The translations under genes and the position numbers were made by a program. Positions 1 through 13,581 of a stretch of DNA of 64,000 nucleotides are shown piece by piece (position 1 is the first letter of the stretch; the number at the start of each line of letters is the position of its first letter). The notes under the pieces were generated by a model. The model saw nothing but the letters and a program-made list of their open reading frames with translations. It made no database searches and was not told where the DNA came from. This DNA is from the human T2T-CHM13v2.0 reference genome, Homo sapiens. The stretch is from the NCBI RefSeq assembly GCF_009914755.1, contig NC_060933.1. One strand, written 5' to 3'.

Positions 1-1384
1 GGACTTGCCTGCCAGTCAAATGACTCTACAAAACCACAGTGAAATCTGAAAACTGCAGTGAAGAGATAAGCCCCTGGGAAGCTGTGCTTCTATCACTCTG
101 GATACTGGTTCATTGCCACATTAACAACCCCATCTCCAATAAATATGGGTGATAGAAGTGTAAGTGTGGTATGTGGAAGCAATAGAAGCAGGAGACGCAG
201 GCCGCCTTCTGAAAGCCCATCTGTGAGTTTCTGTTGGATGCTCTGCAAGGGCCCCAGGCTGAGCCATGACACCTTCACAGTCAGAACTCAAGAACAGGTG
301 ATCAGTCCTGCAGCTCAGACTGGATCCTCTAGCCTGCAGGAGGCATGGAGAAGGGAAGGCGCCTGCCTCAGAGGAGGGTCTGGAAACATCATGCTTATTC
401 CCTCCACCCCAAAGACCCCATGGCAACACACTCGCCCTCCCATCCTGATGCAGCCTCCTCCCCTGGGTCTTCCTTCCTTCTCTCCTGCCACCCCTGGCCC
501 TGTAAGCTGACTCAACCCATCCTCCATTTCAAGCCATTTCAAAGAAATGAGTTCACCCCACTCAACTCAGGAACAATCTCATCCTGAATATGCACACAGG
601 AGGGAGTACTGGAACCTTCCCCCAAGGTTCATTTTCCACCTTTGAAGTTCACCTTAACTAAAACAAGAAACATCATTACTGGCTCCAGAAGTTCTTTGTG
701 TTTTTACTTAGCCACCCTCACCCCTCTTGAAAACGAGCTTTGCACACCTTCTTTTTCATGGTCTTGCTAAAGGTCTTTGCATACCTAGAATTGATTTTGC
801 CTTCTTCCCTCGCCAGCTAAGAGAATGCCCAGCAAGTCTCTGTTGTCTACAGAAAAAAAGTGTCCCCCACCCACACACATTCCCAGCCCAGCATCTCAGC
901 CTGCAGGAGCTAACTCCATTCTACTTCTCCAACCTTGTTTCACAGCCAAAGGAATCGCTTAGGAGCTGTCTTGCTCTCTCTAACCTCTGGATACTGTCAT
1001 GCTGTACCCTCTGTCTGGGTCACCCTTCCCTTCCACTGCCACATGTCCAAACCTAAAATGCTGCCTCCTCCAGGAAGCCTTCCCCAATTTCTCTAGTGGG
1101 CAGGACCTCCCTTCTCTGCACACTACAGCACTCTCCCTGTCCCTTTCAGAGGACATGTATCACATTTATACCTCATAGAATGTGCCAGAACAAGTCCTGT
1201 GCCACAAACTTGCCTCCTCACACTGGGGAGGTGAAATAGGGGAATGGTTAGGATCAAGAGCTTAATAAGACGCAGAATTGACCTTGACCCTGGACACCGC
1301 CACGTCCCTGCTGTGACCTTCAGCACTGTCATCATGTTGCTAAGGCATCACATAAAGGCCCAAAGTGAAGACAGATCAGGAAAA

Positions 1385-1612
1385 AACTCATACTACCTCA
1401 CACCCACGAGGACAGCTACTCTCAAAACAACAGAATAACAGGTGCTGGCCAGGATGTGGAGGAAGAGGAACCCTGGTGCACTGTTGGTGGGAATGTAACA
1501 TGGTGCAGACACTAGGGAAAACTGTATGGTGGTTCCTCCAAAAATTAAAAATACAACCACCATATGCTCCAGCAAGCCCACTTTGGGGTATGTATCCAAA
1601 AAAATTAAAAGT
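1385..1612 (+). mobile_element. Old L1 fragment (ORF2 3' end)
   Basis: tactacctcacacccacgagga...aataacaggtgctggccaggatgtggag...cactgttggtgggaatgtaa is typical of the L1 ORF2 3' end. Confidence 0.8.
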
Positions 1613-2408
1613 AAGCAGAACCAAGGTTTGAACCCAGGCAGCCTGGGACCCAAGGTCTTACCATCCCTGCCACACTGATGCTATCCCACTTAGCCGCCCC
1701 CCATGACAAATTGATTCTAGTTTATGAGAGCTATAGAGGCTGCGGGTTAGAACAACATGGGAAGCCATACAGTGAGCACTCTGCACCCTGCCCCGTTCAC
1801 TTCTGAGGATTTGACAGTGATTTAAGAGCAGCCACGTCTGACTCCCTAAGCACTACATCTGTTCTTCCCTCTGTACTTTGTCTTCAGCCTCACGGGACAG
1901 GTCTCATACCATGGCACAGAGAAGGACACTCCTGAAAAGGGCTATAAAACTATAACCAGCTCCAGGGGATGGCATAAGGATTTTCAGGGGTAACTTGGCT
2001 ACATGTGTGATTTTTATGCTACTATTGCCCTGAGAACCCACTTCCTGAGAGGTATACTTCCTCTGTGGAGGTTATGGTTACGAGTCCAAGAGTCTGGCCG
2101 TGGCTTTTTGGACTATCAGAAGATGGGACCAGGCTGCTGGAGAGAAGAGAATCAGACCCCACCAGGCCCCTTACCCAGGATCCAGCAGCCAGGGATCCAG
2201 AGACATCAGCTCATGCCCCTTCCCAATAGGGAAATGGGGTTTCCACACTGTGTCAGGAAGAGGAGGAACAGGGAGGAGGGTAGATGCGCCAGTCTGGGGC
2301 TGTGGAATCTGGGACGGCCTGTCTCTGGGATGGTTCAGGGTGTCTCCTGCCTCCTTCGGTATCTGGGTCCTCCCTGGAGTATGATTCATGCAGCCTTCAC
2401 CTCTGCAT

Positions 2409-2705
2409 TATTTTATTCTTGAGACAGGAGCTCACTCTGTTGCTCAGGCTAGAGTACAATGGGGCAATCACAGCTCACTGAAGCCTGAATCTCCTGGGCT
2501 CAGGTGATCCTCCCATCTCAGCCTCCCAAGCAGCTGGGACCACAGACACATGCCATCATACCTGGCTAATTTTTTTAAAAATACTTGTAGAGACAGGGTC
2601 TCACTACGTTGCCTAGGCTGATCTCAAACTCCTGGGCTCAAGCAACCCTCCTGCCTCAGCCTCCCAAAGAGCTGGGATTACAGGTGTGAGCCACTGTGCC
2701 CAGCC
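2409..2705 (-). mobile_element. Alu (AluJ-like)
   Basis: Reverse-complement Alu dimer, ending gagccactgtgcccagcc. Confidence 0.92.
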
Positions 2706-4577
2706 CCACATTCTTATATGAGTTATTGAGACTCCCAGAGGCACCTTACCTAACCCCCACCCTCCCATCTGCTCAATCCTTGCAGACACTGGCCTCAGTC
2801 TTACTTCAGGGCTTTTGCACATGCTGTCCTTGCTGCTTGGGATTTTCAGTCCCCGAATGGCACATGGCAGCTCCTTCTCCCTCTCTAGGTCTCAGCTCGG
2901 AAGCCGTCTCCTCAGAGAAGTCCTCCCTGATCACCTCAATCAAAACAGCCCGTACCTCCCTGGCACTTTCTACCCGGCTCCTGATTTCACTTCCTCCCAT
3001 CAGTTTGCACTGTCTTAATTATCTTGCTCACTGGTGCTCATTTTGGGATTATTGTCTCACTCTTCCCACCACCTCCAAACTCTGGATGCTTCCCAAGAGC
3101 AGGGCCCCAGTGCTCTTGTCCACTCCCATAACATCGTCAAGCACCCAGGTGCTCAGCAAACACTAGGAGACTTGCTGGCTGGGCTGTGGTTGCCACAGCG
3201 CTGAGCCTCAGGTTCCTCATCTGCAAAATGGGGATGATGACACCTACCTCCCAGTGTGGCTGCGAGGAGGACTCAGGAAGACACTGTGAGCACAGGGCTG
3301 GGCACACAAGGGCTCTCCATCAATGATAAGCTCAACTCACCCCATGCCCTGCATAGAAAAGGGACTGAGAAAAAGATAAAACAAGTTCTGTGCCCAACAC
3401 TAGACAGCTGCCCTTGATCATGACTCAATAACCACTGGCAGCATTCTCTCAAGATTGTCAGAGAACAAGTTCCCTGGTGGGGAGAGGGTACGAGCCCACC
3501 CAGCCCTGGCAACCTTGACGCGGCCCGGGCTGCTGTGGTGCATACCAACAAGCTACCTGCTGCCGCTCACCTCCAATAGAAGCTGCTGTGATCTCTGCCG
3601 CGTCCTGCATATTGACGTTTCAGCAAAGAACACAAAACACATTAAATAAATGTTACAGTCTTATCGACAGGAAAAGGAGAGCTGAGAAAGAGTTTCCAGA
3701 GGCATGGCACTTGGCCCAGAGCCCCAAGCCATGTGGCCTCCTGGCAGTCAGTGTCAAGGTCCTACACACCAGGGAGCTGCCTGCAGGAGCTATGTTCTTG
3801 GTTCCAGGAGTAACCAAGGGGTGCAATGCAAACAGCACCCAGAGAGAAGGGTAAGATATCAGGGACCATTTCAGCCTTCCTGTGTTTCAAGAAACAGTAC
3901 AGGTCTGGGGTCAGGAGGGCTCCATAGGGGACATCTATTGGTGTCCCTGCCCCCTTCTGCAAGTTAGAACACCCCACAGTGCTTTGGGCAACCACCCCTC
4001 TCCCACTGGCTACAGTCTTGGTGGTCTTGTCAATTAAAGTCCCTAGACATCCCTGCCAGCCCGTGAGGTGCTCCCTCTTTGGGAATCTTCAGGGGAAGGA
4101 CACTGAGAACGGAATGGTGGACATCCCCCTACTGCAGGCTGCACCCTGAGATTCTCGGCTTCAATTCTGGGACTGCCCCTGTCCTTCCAGTACATCCCTG
4201 CTCTGTAAAATGGCCAGGGCTGGTTTCTGTTACTTATGCCCAAGATTCACACTGCACAAGATTCCCTGTGGAGCAGCAATCCTGGCCACATTCCTGGCAG
4301 CTATGTGTGGCCATGCACCTGGGTCTAGGCCAGTGGGAAGTTTGGTGATCTTGAAATTAAAGAGATGCCTCTCTTTCCCTTTCCTGGGAGGTAGAAAGGG
4401 GACCTGATGTGGCCCAGCTTCAACCACGAGAAGGGGCAAGACCCTGGGGGATGGAAGATGGAGGGAATCTGGGTCCCAGGATAAGTCCTGGAGCAGAACT
4501 GTCCCCCAGATGAGACTGTCCCTCTATTCTGTTACATGACGGAGAAAAAAAAAAACTCTCATTTAAATCACAGTATT

Positions 4578-4789
<212 letters not shown>

Positions 4790-4990
4790 TTAGCCTGTAT
4801 TATAACATACACTACACAGGTCAAAAAGAAAAGCAAAGAAAAAACACCACCCTTCAGTACAGACTTGAGGGAAGACAGAGCCTGGACAGAACCAGCCTCT
4901 TCTTGCGGCCTCCAAGCAGCTCTGCTGTTCTGGGTTCGGAGGGAGAATACGGTGTCTGAGAGGCTGGCCTCCTTTCCCCACCCCACTCAC
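4790..4990 (-). CDS. WHRN: Intron-2 read-through extension of exon 2 (66-aa alternative C-terminus of a 345-aa short whirlin isoform)
   Basis: The frame stays open past the donor: VSGVGKGGQPLRHR...FFFAFLFDLCSVCYNTG, then TAA (4792-4790), then AATAAA at 4781-4776 on the same strand. Confidence 0.65.
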   Translation of the reverse strand: MSGVGKGGQPLRHRILPPNPEQQSCLEAARRGWFCPGSVFPQVCTEGWCFFFAFLFDLCSVCYNTG

Positions 4991-5209
4991 CTTTTTCTCA
5001 TCCCCTCCTTGCAGGAGGTGCAGGGTGCTCCTCCGGTCACCCTCCTGCTGCCTCAGGGCACCACCGTGGGGCTGGGGCAGGCCCGAGGGTGGGGAGATGC
5101 TGCGGCCCTGCGGGTCCACCCAGGTGTAGATGTGGTTGGTGACGTAGCCCCCAGGGATGCGCCCTGCTGAGTACACAGACAGCACCAGCTTCTTGGAGCC
5201 CTTCAGAGC
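4991..5209 (-). CDS. WHRN: Whirlin coding exon 2 (aa 207-279: end of PDZ1 and the PDZ1-PDZ2 linker)
   Basis: A polypyrimidine tract and ctAG acceptor (5211-5210) are followed by ALKGSKKLVLSVYSAGRIPGGYVTNHIYTWVDPQGRS...GGDEKK, in frame with exon 1. Donor AAG|GTGAGT at 4991/4990. 219 nt, phase 0-0. Confidence 0.97.
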
Positions 5210-5444
5210 CTAGGGAGAGAGGGATACAAAGGTTAGAGGAAGGGAGGTGCCGGGGGTGTGGAGGAACACCCTCCCCTGGCCCAGACCTTGGTTTTTCTCA
5301 GGAGCCCCACATGGAAGAAGAGGCCAGCCCTGAAGTCCCTTTCCTTCTCTAGCCCTCGATTTTGTCCTGTGAAAACAAGAACATCTGTCCCACCCCCATC
5401 CTGAAGTGGTCCAAATACAAGAAATATGATCTTTTAGGATACCT

Positions 5445-5985
5445 CTGCGGAGGAGTTTGCATTGCAGGCCTGACACTGTTATCCTCAGGAAGGCTCGTTT
5501 ACAAGGCCGGCCTTTGGCTGGCATCTCGGAACTTGGATTTGGGGAGTGTCCCACCATTCCCTGACTGAGAAATGCGGCTCATGTGCTTAGACTGTCTGTA
5601 AACAGTAATGGTTTATGCTCAGCCTGCTTTCCTCCTGGGAGTCTGGAAGGTGGGTACAAGTAGACAGGGTCTATGTCTACCAGCCCCCAATAAAAACTGT
5701 GGGTGCTCTCTAATGAGCTCCCCTGATAGACAACATCCCACACCTTTGTCACCATTTGATGCTGGAGGAATTAGTGTGTTCTGTGGAACTCACAGGGAGG
5801 GGACCCGTGGAAGCCTGTGCCTGGTCTCCTCTGGACTCTGCCCAATGCACCCTTTCCCCGTGATCATTCTGCTCTGTATCCTTTGGATGTAATAAACCCT
5901 AGCCACAGGTACAACCATATGCTGAATCCTGTTAGCCTTTCTAGAGAATCACTGAACCCAGGTGTCATCTTGGGGACCCTGATAA
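5445..5985 (+). mobile_element. ERVL-class solo LTR (MER68-like)
   Basis: gcaggcctgacactgttatcctcaggaaggc...ggctggcatctcggaacttggatttggggag resembles the MER68 consensus as I recall it. Internal AATAAA present. Confidence 0.7.
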
Positions 5986-6154
5986 AATACCAAGCACAGA
6001 GTCGACAGATAAAAACAATGATAGCAATCGCTTAACATTTATAAAGGGCTTGTATGTGTCGGCCACTCTGCGCTGCACCTGATATGCATTATCTCATGAA
6101 ATCCTAATGAAATCCAATGGGGGAGGGGGACTGCAGAGGGGAAGGAGGATCTCA

Positions 6155-6531
<377 letters not shown>

Positions 6532-6762
6532 GAAGTTCCTTTTTTATAGCAACTAATTCTGAGTGTGGAACACCATCTTTATTGTACATTTCCCAGTCTT
6601 CAGATGGAACCACCGTGAGGAGAGGCAAGCCCAAAACTCTACAGCCTGGGGTGGAAGCTGAGGTCTGCCATATTGCTTCACCACAAGACGCTTGCAGCTG
6701 AGATGAAGACATTGACCCAAGGAGACACTCACCAAGCACTAGGATTAACAATAAACATAGCC

Positions 6763-7100
6763 TGTGTTAGGGACTGAATGTATTTCCCTCCAGATCCATA
6801 CGCCGAAGCCCTATCCTCAATGTGATGGTACTTTGGAGATGAGGCCTTTAGGGGGTAACTGGAGTTAGATGAGGCCATGAGGGTAGGAACCTCATGATGG
6901 GATCAGTAGCTTTGTAGGAAGAGAGAGTTCTGGTCTCTCTTCATGTGGGGACACAATGAGAAGATGGAAGTTTTCAAGTCTGAAAGTGGGCCCTCACCAG
7001 AATCCGAGAACAATGGCACCCTGATCTCAGACTTCTGGACTCCAGAACTGTGAGAAATTAAATGTCTATTGCTAATGCCACCCAGTCTATGGTATTTTGT
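6763..7100 (+). mobile_element. MaLR LTR (MLT1A-like)
   Basis: tgtgttagggactgaatgt...cagacttctggactccagaactgtgagaaattaaatgtctattg...tggtattttgttatggcagc. Confidence 0.8.
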
Positions 7101-8242
7101 TATGGCAGCACCATCTGGCTGTTTGAATAAATGATAGAATTCACACACACTGAAATTTTATGCTGCCATTGAAATCCTATTTACAAAGGTTGTAATGCCA
7201 TGGAAATGTGATATATTTTAATGTTAAGTGGGGTTAAAAGGCTATAAATCATGTCTTATAGTATGAAGTCAGTTATGTTAAGAGAAAAATCATACTGGAA
7301 AAACAAAATGAAACAAAACTGAGAAGTAATGTGCCAAGATGCTAGCAGTGCTTCTCTCTGGGTGCTAGGATTATGGGTGATTATTATTTTGCTCTTCCTG
7401 TTTCTCAATATTTTCTAAATGTTCCACAATGAGGTCACATTGCTTTCAATATCAGAGAAAAAAAAACAATATGCCTAAGAAGGGGGGTGAACACTTAGCT
7501 CTCTGCGTCCCCCAAGCTTGCCCCAATTTGCACATACAGCTCTACCAACTCCCCAACACTCTCAACAGACAAACTAGACCCTGGGCTGAGCTTTCAAAGA
7601 CAGGAGGGAGCCCTGGCTAGGCAAGGCCTGCGGGAAGAGGCAAGTCCCTGACATTTGAGCCTCTCTCAGCAGAGGAAGGGTGAGCCAGGAGGCACCCAGG
7701 CCCTCAATTCTACAGCTAAATCCCAGTCTCCAGTGGAGGGATAACGAGGATGGCGTCTCTCCAAAATTCTGCTTTTATAAAAGATTTTTGTGAAGATGCA
7801 CAGGGTAAGATTTACAGTATTCTTTTAGCATTCCCCAGGGCTCCCCTGGCAGAACAGTCAGGAAAATCAAATCCCTGTTAAGGTGAAGAGGCAGGATGGA
7901 GAAAGCCTGAGACCAAGTGGGCTTCCCCCAGAGCAAAGTGGAAAGTGGTTCAGGGCACAGGAGACGTCAGCAGAAGCCTCTGAGGCCACCACATCCTCCA
8001 TGGCCCCTGTCTTCCTGACCTCTCTTTCCTCTCCCTCTCGTCTCTGCCTCCTGCTCCCTCTTCCATGAGGGCACAGCTCCCTGCTCCAGTGCTGTTCCGC
8101 CCGGCCTGCCTCCTTCTCTGCTCCTTCCTAGACAGACTGCAACACTACACCACAGCATTCATTCAACAAGGGCTGACCAAACGCCTACTGTGTGCCAAGC
8201 CTAGAGGAGACAAAGTGGGTCTATCCTCATGACAGGCTGCAG

Positions 8243-8670
8243 CCTGGTGAGAAACAAGGAGGCATCACCCAGCACACATCAGGTCCTCATGACACTTATG
8301 CCTGGTGAGGAACAAGGCATTGCCTGGCACACAGTAGGTCCTCATGACACTTGAGCCTCGTGAGAGACAAGGCATTGCCTGGTACACAATAGGTTTTCAT
8401 GACACACGCCTGGTGAGAGACAAGGCATCGTGTGGCACACAGTAGGTCCTTATGACACTTGAGCCTGGTGAGGGATATAGCATTGTCCTGCGCACAGTAG
8501 GTATTTGTGAAACTTGTGCATAGTGAAGAGCAAAGCATAGCCAGGTCCATAGAAGGTCTTCACGACACATGCCTGGTGAGAGACAAGGCATCATCTGGTG
8601 CACAGTAGGTCCTCAATGATGCTTGCAGCCTGGTGAGAGATAAAGAATCATCCGGCACACAGTAGGTCCT
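8243..8670 (+). repeat. Degenerate minisatellite, ~8 copies of a 53-58-bp unit
   Basis: Unit approximately cctggtgagagacaaggcattgcctggcacacagtaggtcctcatgacacttgag, starting at ~8243, 8301, 8356, 8409, 8464, 8519, 8572 and 8629. Confidence 0.9.
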
Positions 8671-11600
8671 GAAAAAAGACTGCCTGATTGATTAAGAAAG
8701 TAAATATTGCCCCCAAAAGAAACCGTTAACATCCACAGGCATTCTCCTGCACCCACATCTAGTCTGGAAGGTTATGCTCAGGTCAGGAACAGAGGAGTGC
8801 AAGTGGAAAAATCACACGTGGATTGTGGAGACAGAGAAAATGGGATTCCAGTCGCACTGGTGGGATTCCAGTCGGCTTACCAGTGGACAGTCCTTGGGCC
8901 GGTTGCTTCCCCTTGCAAAGCAGCATGTGTGAACTGGGGAGAAGGACAATGCTCACCTCCCAGGGCACCGTGGGTTAAATGAGACAATGTGCATAAAGTT
9001 CAGAGCCTTCTTGGCCACACAGTAGGAGCTCAGCAAATGGCAGAGCCCACTCCCCTCCCCCTCAGCATGTCTGCATGGAGATCGAAAACCATGCGGTAGC
9101 AAAACGTTGACCAAGGAGTTTAAAAAAAAAAAGGGAAGGAAAGAATAAAGAACAATGCGCAGAGCATCATTTGTATTCTTTATCACCAGCAACAGTAGAA
9201 TCCTCTTGGTCAGTTCTATAAATAGGCCAGCAGCAACCTTGCGAACGGAGAGGTTAATGCCCTTGATGAGAACACCACAGAGAGCCAGCGCCGGAGAGGG
9301 CCTGGGCCAAGTCGCTGAGTCTCCCACAGGCTGCCCACCCCCAGTATTTTACAGAAGGGGACCCTGAAGCCCCAAGATGGGAAGGGAAACATAGGGTTCA
9401 GGAGTACAACAGGCACAGCCCAGGACGCAGGAGGCCAGCCCTGGGTCTCCTTCCCCTCTGCACCTCAGTTTCCCCATCACAGGACTCTGAGATTAGAAAC
9501 TCAGACAGCCACTCAAGCGTAGACCATTCATCTACCTCTGATAATGACTATTCTTTAGGGATAAATATGGGCTTTTTCTGGGTGTTGGAGAGCAAGAAAA
9601 TCATCATCCTCTACTGCTTTTTTATATTTCTGGCGAAACTGATGATAAACAAGATTCCTGAGACAGACTTTCAATATCTACGCAGGCTCTTGGGATATGG
9701 TCTTGGTGCAGTGGCCATCAGAATCCTGCAGGAACAGCTCCATCCATTGCTGTTTAATGCCACTAAAATGTGTGTGGGTCATGCAGGGAAGGGGAAGAGG
9801 ACGGTCTCTGCTCCTACTGCCTTCTTGTCTCCATTTCTACAAACCATTGCTTGCTTATTTTAACGGACATCATTCAACAGGAGAGTTATTTCCTAAACAA
9901 AGCTGGTCATGTTTTTTCCCCTGTAGCCACCCTGCCAGCCTTTCAAACTCACCCACCATTGCTACCTTGATCCCTGAGGCTCAGGCCACCTGGGGGATCG
10001 CGAGATCCTCACCCATGGTTACGTGCACCAGACCACTCATTTTACTTCTCTCACCAGAGCAGCCTACAGAGTGAGTAGCCTCAGGCAGCAGAGCTTGAGC
10101 CTGTGAGACAGAGACCCAGCAGGTCCCTGTTGTGCCATTAGCTTGGTGGGTGTCCTAGGGTTACTTCTCCCCTTGCTAGGTCTTGGTTTTGCCCTCTGGC
10201 AATGAGCAGGTTGGACCTGTTTGCTAAGATCCTGTCCCAAGTTAAACTTCTATGTCTTTCTGATTCAGGGCTGTATTTAGAAGGAAAGACTGTATTTGCT
10301 CTCATGGTGGTCACAGGTCATTAAAGCAGAGAGATCAGGGGCTCTAGGACACCCAGGGATAACTCCAGGCAGGCTGAGGGTTGCACCTATGGGCACCTGA
10401 CTTCTGGGCCTGGAAAACTGTCCTCAGTTTCTCCCATCCCAGCAGTGAGCACTTGAGCTATGCTGGCTGGTGTTGCTACCAGGTCACTGAACCAGATCCA
10501 GAGCCTGGGGGCTCTGAGGTTCCACAGGGTTTAAGAAAACACCAGAAGGACAATTGGAGCATCTCAGTTATGGCAGGATACACACCCCAACTCGGCACTA
10601 TCAGCAGCAGCAGGAGATTTTGACAGGACTTGAAGGCCAGAGGGCTGCCCCTCCGAGGCCATGGCTGTGTCCTTGCTCTTTGTAGGAAGCTGCCTGCAGG
10701 TGGTAAGTCACATCCAACACATCCATCTGCATGCTAGTGACTCTCCATCAACCACACCCCTCTCTAGCCATGACAGCTCCACAGGATCCACCAGTCTTCC
10801 TGAATCAATGGCATATTAGCTGTGCCACCTCACACAAGTTACCAAACCTCTCTGTTCTTCTGTTTTCTCTCCTGCAAAATGAAGATCACCATTCTCCTTT
10901 CTCTTTACTTAGAGGAGCCCTATTAGCACAATGCCTATCACTGAGGAATTCAACGAGCTACGGCTGAAAAGGAAAATTGCAAGATCTGGGGAGAGCCCAC
11001 CGCATGCAGGGATGGTCATTAGAGTGCTGTGTTCCCATACCTGTTATCACGTGTTTACTGGTGAAACTTGACCCTGGGGCATTCCACCAACTCAAATCAT
11101 AGAGAAATCTCGATCTGACCCAGCAGATGGCACGACTAAGATACTATCCATCACCAGATGACTATTCTGGCAGCACGTTATGATTATGGAAATGTAAATT
11201 ATATGTGTATGTCTTCAAACTTAATAACTTGCTACTTGGATTAATGCTCTCAGGAGGCAAATTTGCCTCACTCAGCTCTTTGGAGCCAACTCTGAAACCC
11301 CAAAATCATAGACCAGGCTGACATGATTCTCTGCTTAGCAGAGGAGTGAGAAATAGACTGGAGAGGGTCACAGTGTAGGGGGCTAATGGGATGTGTTAAC
11401 ATGGCAGACGCACACATGCTTCTGTGTTCAAAACCATACACCAAAGGCAAGCATGGGGTGGACCTCAAGGTCACAAGACTATCAGATCACTGTGCTGAGG
11501 AGCACGTGCAACAGAGGTATTCCAAAAAAGTCTCAAGCAAGGACACGTAATGATGAGTCACCCAGCTTATTTCAGGGTGCAGACCTCAAAGGGCAAGGTT

Positions 11601-11846
11601 TTCTCTTTTCGGAAACAGAGACTCAACAACAGGAAGGAGAACTGGTCTAAGACCCATCTTAGTGACCCAGAAGGGAGGAAAAAATTATGCATGCCTGCTC
11701 TTCGCAGCCGCACCTTGCCTAGCTGGGGCTTTGTGTGTTCAGACTCACCGGACAATGGTGTTGGCTCTGTAGATGACTTGCTGTGTGACACTGAGCCAAT
11801 TGCCTAAACTCTCTGTGCCTGTTTCTATATTTAAAAAGCAATTGCT

Positions 11847-12151
<305 letters not shown>

Positions 12152-12160
12152 TCAATTGTT

Positions 12161-12472
12161 GCCTGGGCACAGCAGCTCAGGCCTGCAACCCCAGCACTTT
12201 GGGGGACAGAGGCAGGAGGATTACTTGAGGCCAGGAGTTCAAGAGTAGCCTGGACAACATGGTGAGACGCCACAAAAAAAATTTTTTTTTTTAAATTTAA
12301 AATTATCCAGGCATAATGGTGTGCACCTGCAGTCCTAGCTACTCAGGAGGCTGAGTTGGGAGGTTTGCTTGAGCCCAAAAGATCGAGACTACGGTGAGCT
12401 ATGATCGAGCCACTGCACTCCAGCTGGGGCAACATCGCAAGATTCTGTCTCAAAATAATAATAAAATTAAAA
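12161..12472 (+). mobile_element. Alu (AluJ-like)
   Basis: Diverged full Alu dimer directly after the preceding Alu. Confidence 0.92.
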
Positions 12473-13270
12473 GCAACTGTTGAAAAGATTTAAGAAACTG
12501 TAAACTGCGTATACAGTACCTAGCACATGGTAGGTACTAAATGCATGCTAATTCCCTTCCTGAGGCTGCCAGTTCCTTCTCCCAAACAGAGGTCCCAGAA
12601 ATTCTCTAAACCTCGAATCTATATGGACACAAACACATGTCCCCCAACTTTCTTCTTTTTAAGAAACATCCTTCTTTAATCCACATTTCCTCGTATCTGC
12701 GCTGCCTTCAACACTCAGCTCCTTTCCCACGACCTCCAGAAAAGCTTCCCAGATTGTGGCTGACTCTGTCCTCCAAGAGCATCCAGCACACTTCTGTGAT
12801 TGTGCTGCCGTCTATACCACAGGCTCTGAGTCACATTCGTGATCTTGTCTTTAAGACTACAAGACAAGTTCCTTGAGGCACATTACATGTTCTGTTTCCT
12901 TTAGAACCTCTCCCTGCTCCTTTTCACTCGTTTAGCCAACCATCCATTCATTCATCGTTGAACAAGATATTCAATGAGTTTTCTATATGCCAGACAGCCT
13001 CAGGAATCTGTTCAAATTAGGACACAGAGCAGTGCTCTTTCAGATCAGTAGTCAGGCAGTCCACACTTCTCCACTTTAATGTGAGCATAGACACATTAGA
13101 TACACATGGAATTTGGAGAGACAAGTGAAGAAAGTGTGGTTAAGAGCCACAGCCCTGGAGGTAGGCTGTGGGAATTCCATCCTAGCTCTGCCACCTGCCA
13201 ACAGTAACCTTGGGCAAGTTACTTACCCAATCTGTGCCCCAGCTTCCCAGGCAAAAAAAAAAAAAAAAAA

Positions 13271-13581
13271 AGAGAGAAATAACATAGGTATTATCTCACA
13301 GGGTAGTTCTGATGATTAAATTGTGTGTGTGTGTAGAGTGTGTGTGTGTGTGTGTGTGTGTAGAGTGTGTGTGTTGTGTGTGTGTGTATATATATATATA
13401 TATAATATATATAGTGTTTAGCACCTGGAACCTAGGTAAGAGATACCAAAAAAAAAAGAGAGCGAGAGTGAAAGAGATAACAGAGGTATTATCTCACAGG
13501 GTAGTTCTGATTATTAAATTAGTCAATATATATATAAAAGGTTTAGCACCTGGAACCTAGGTAAGAGATACCAAAAAAAAA
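13271..13581 (+). repeat. Tandem duplication of a MIR 3' segment; copy 1 contains a (TG)n(TA)n microsatellite
   Basis: ggtattatctcacagggtagttctgat...gtttagcacctggaacctaggtaagagataccaaaaaaaaa occurs twice. Confidence 0.88.

Noticed and set aside
1-4400. Further WHRN exons (PDZ2 exon 3) in the first 4.4 kb
   Set aside because: No minus-strand segment encodes the expected VNLVLGDGRSLGLTIRGG continuation, so exon 3 must lie beyond the left edge of the window.
8243-8670. CRISPR-like appearance of the regularly spaced repeats
   Set aside because: The whole unit repeats with no unique spacers, there are no cas genes, and the context is mammalian. It is a minisatellite.
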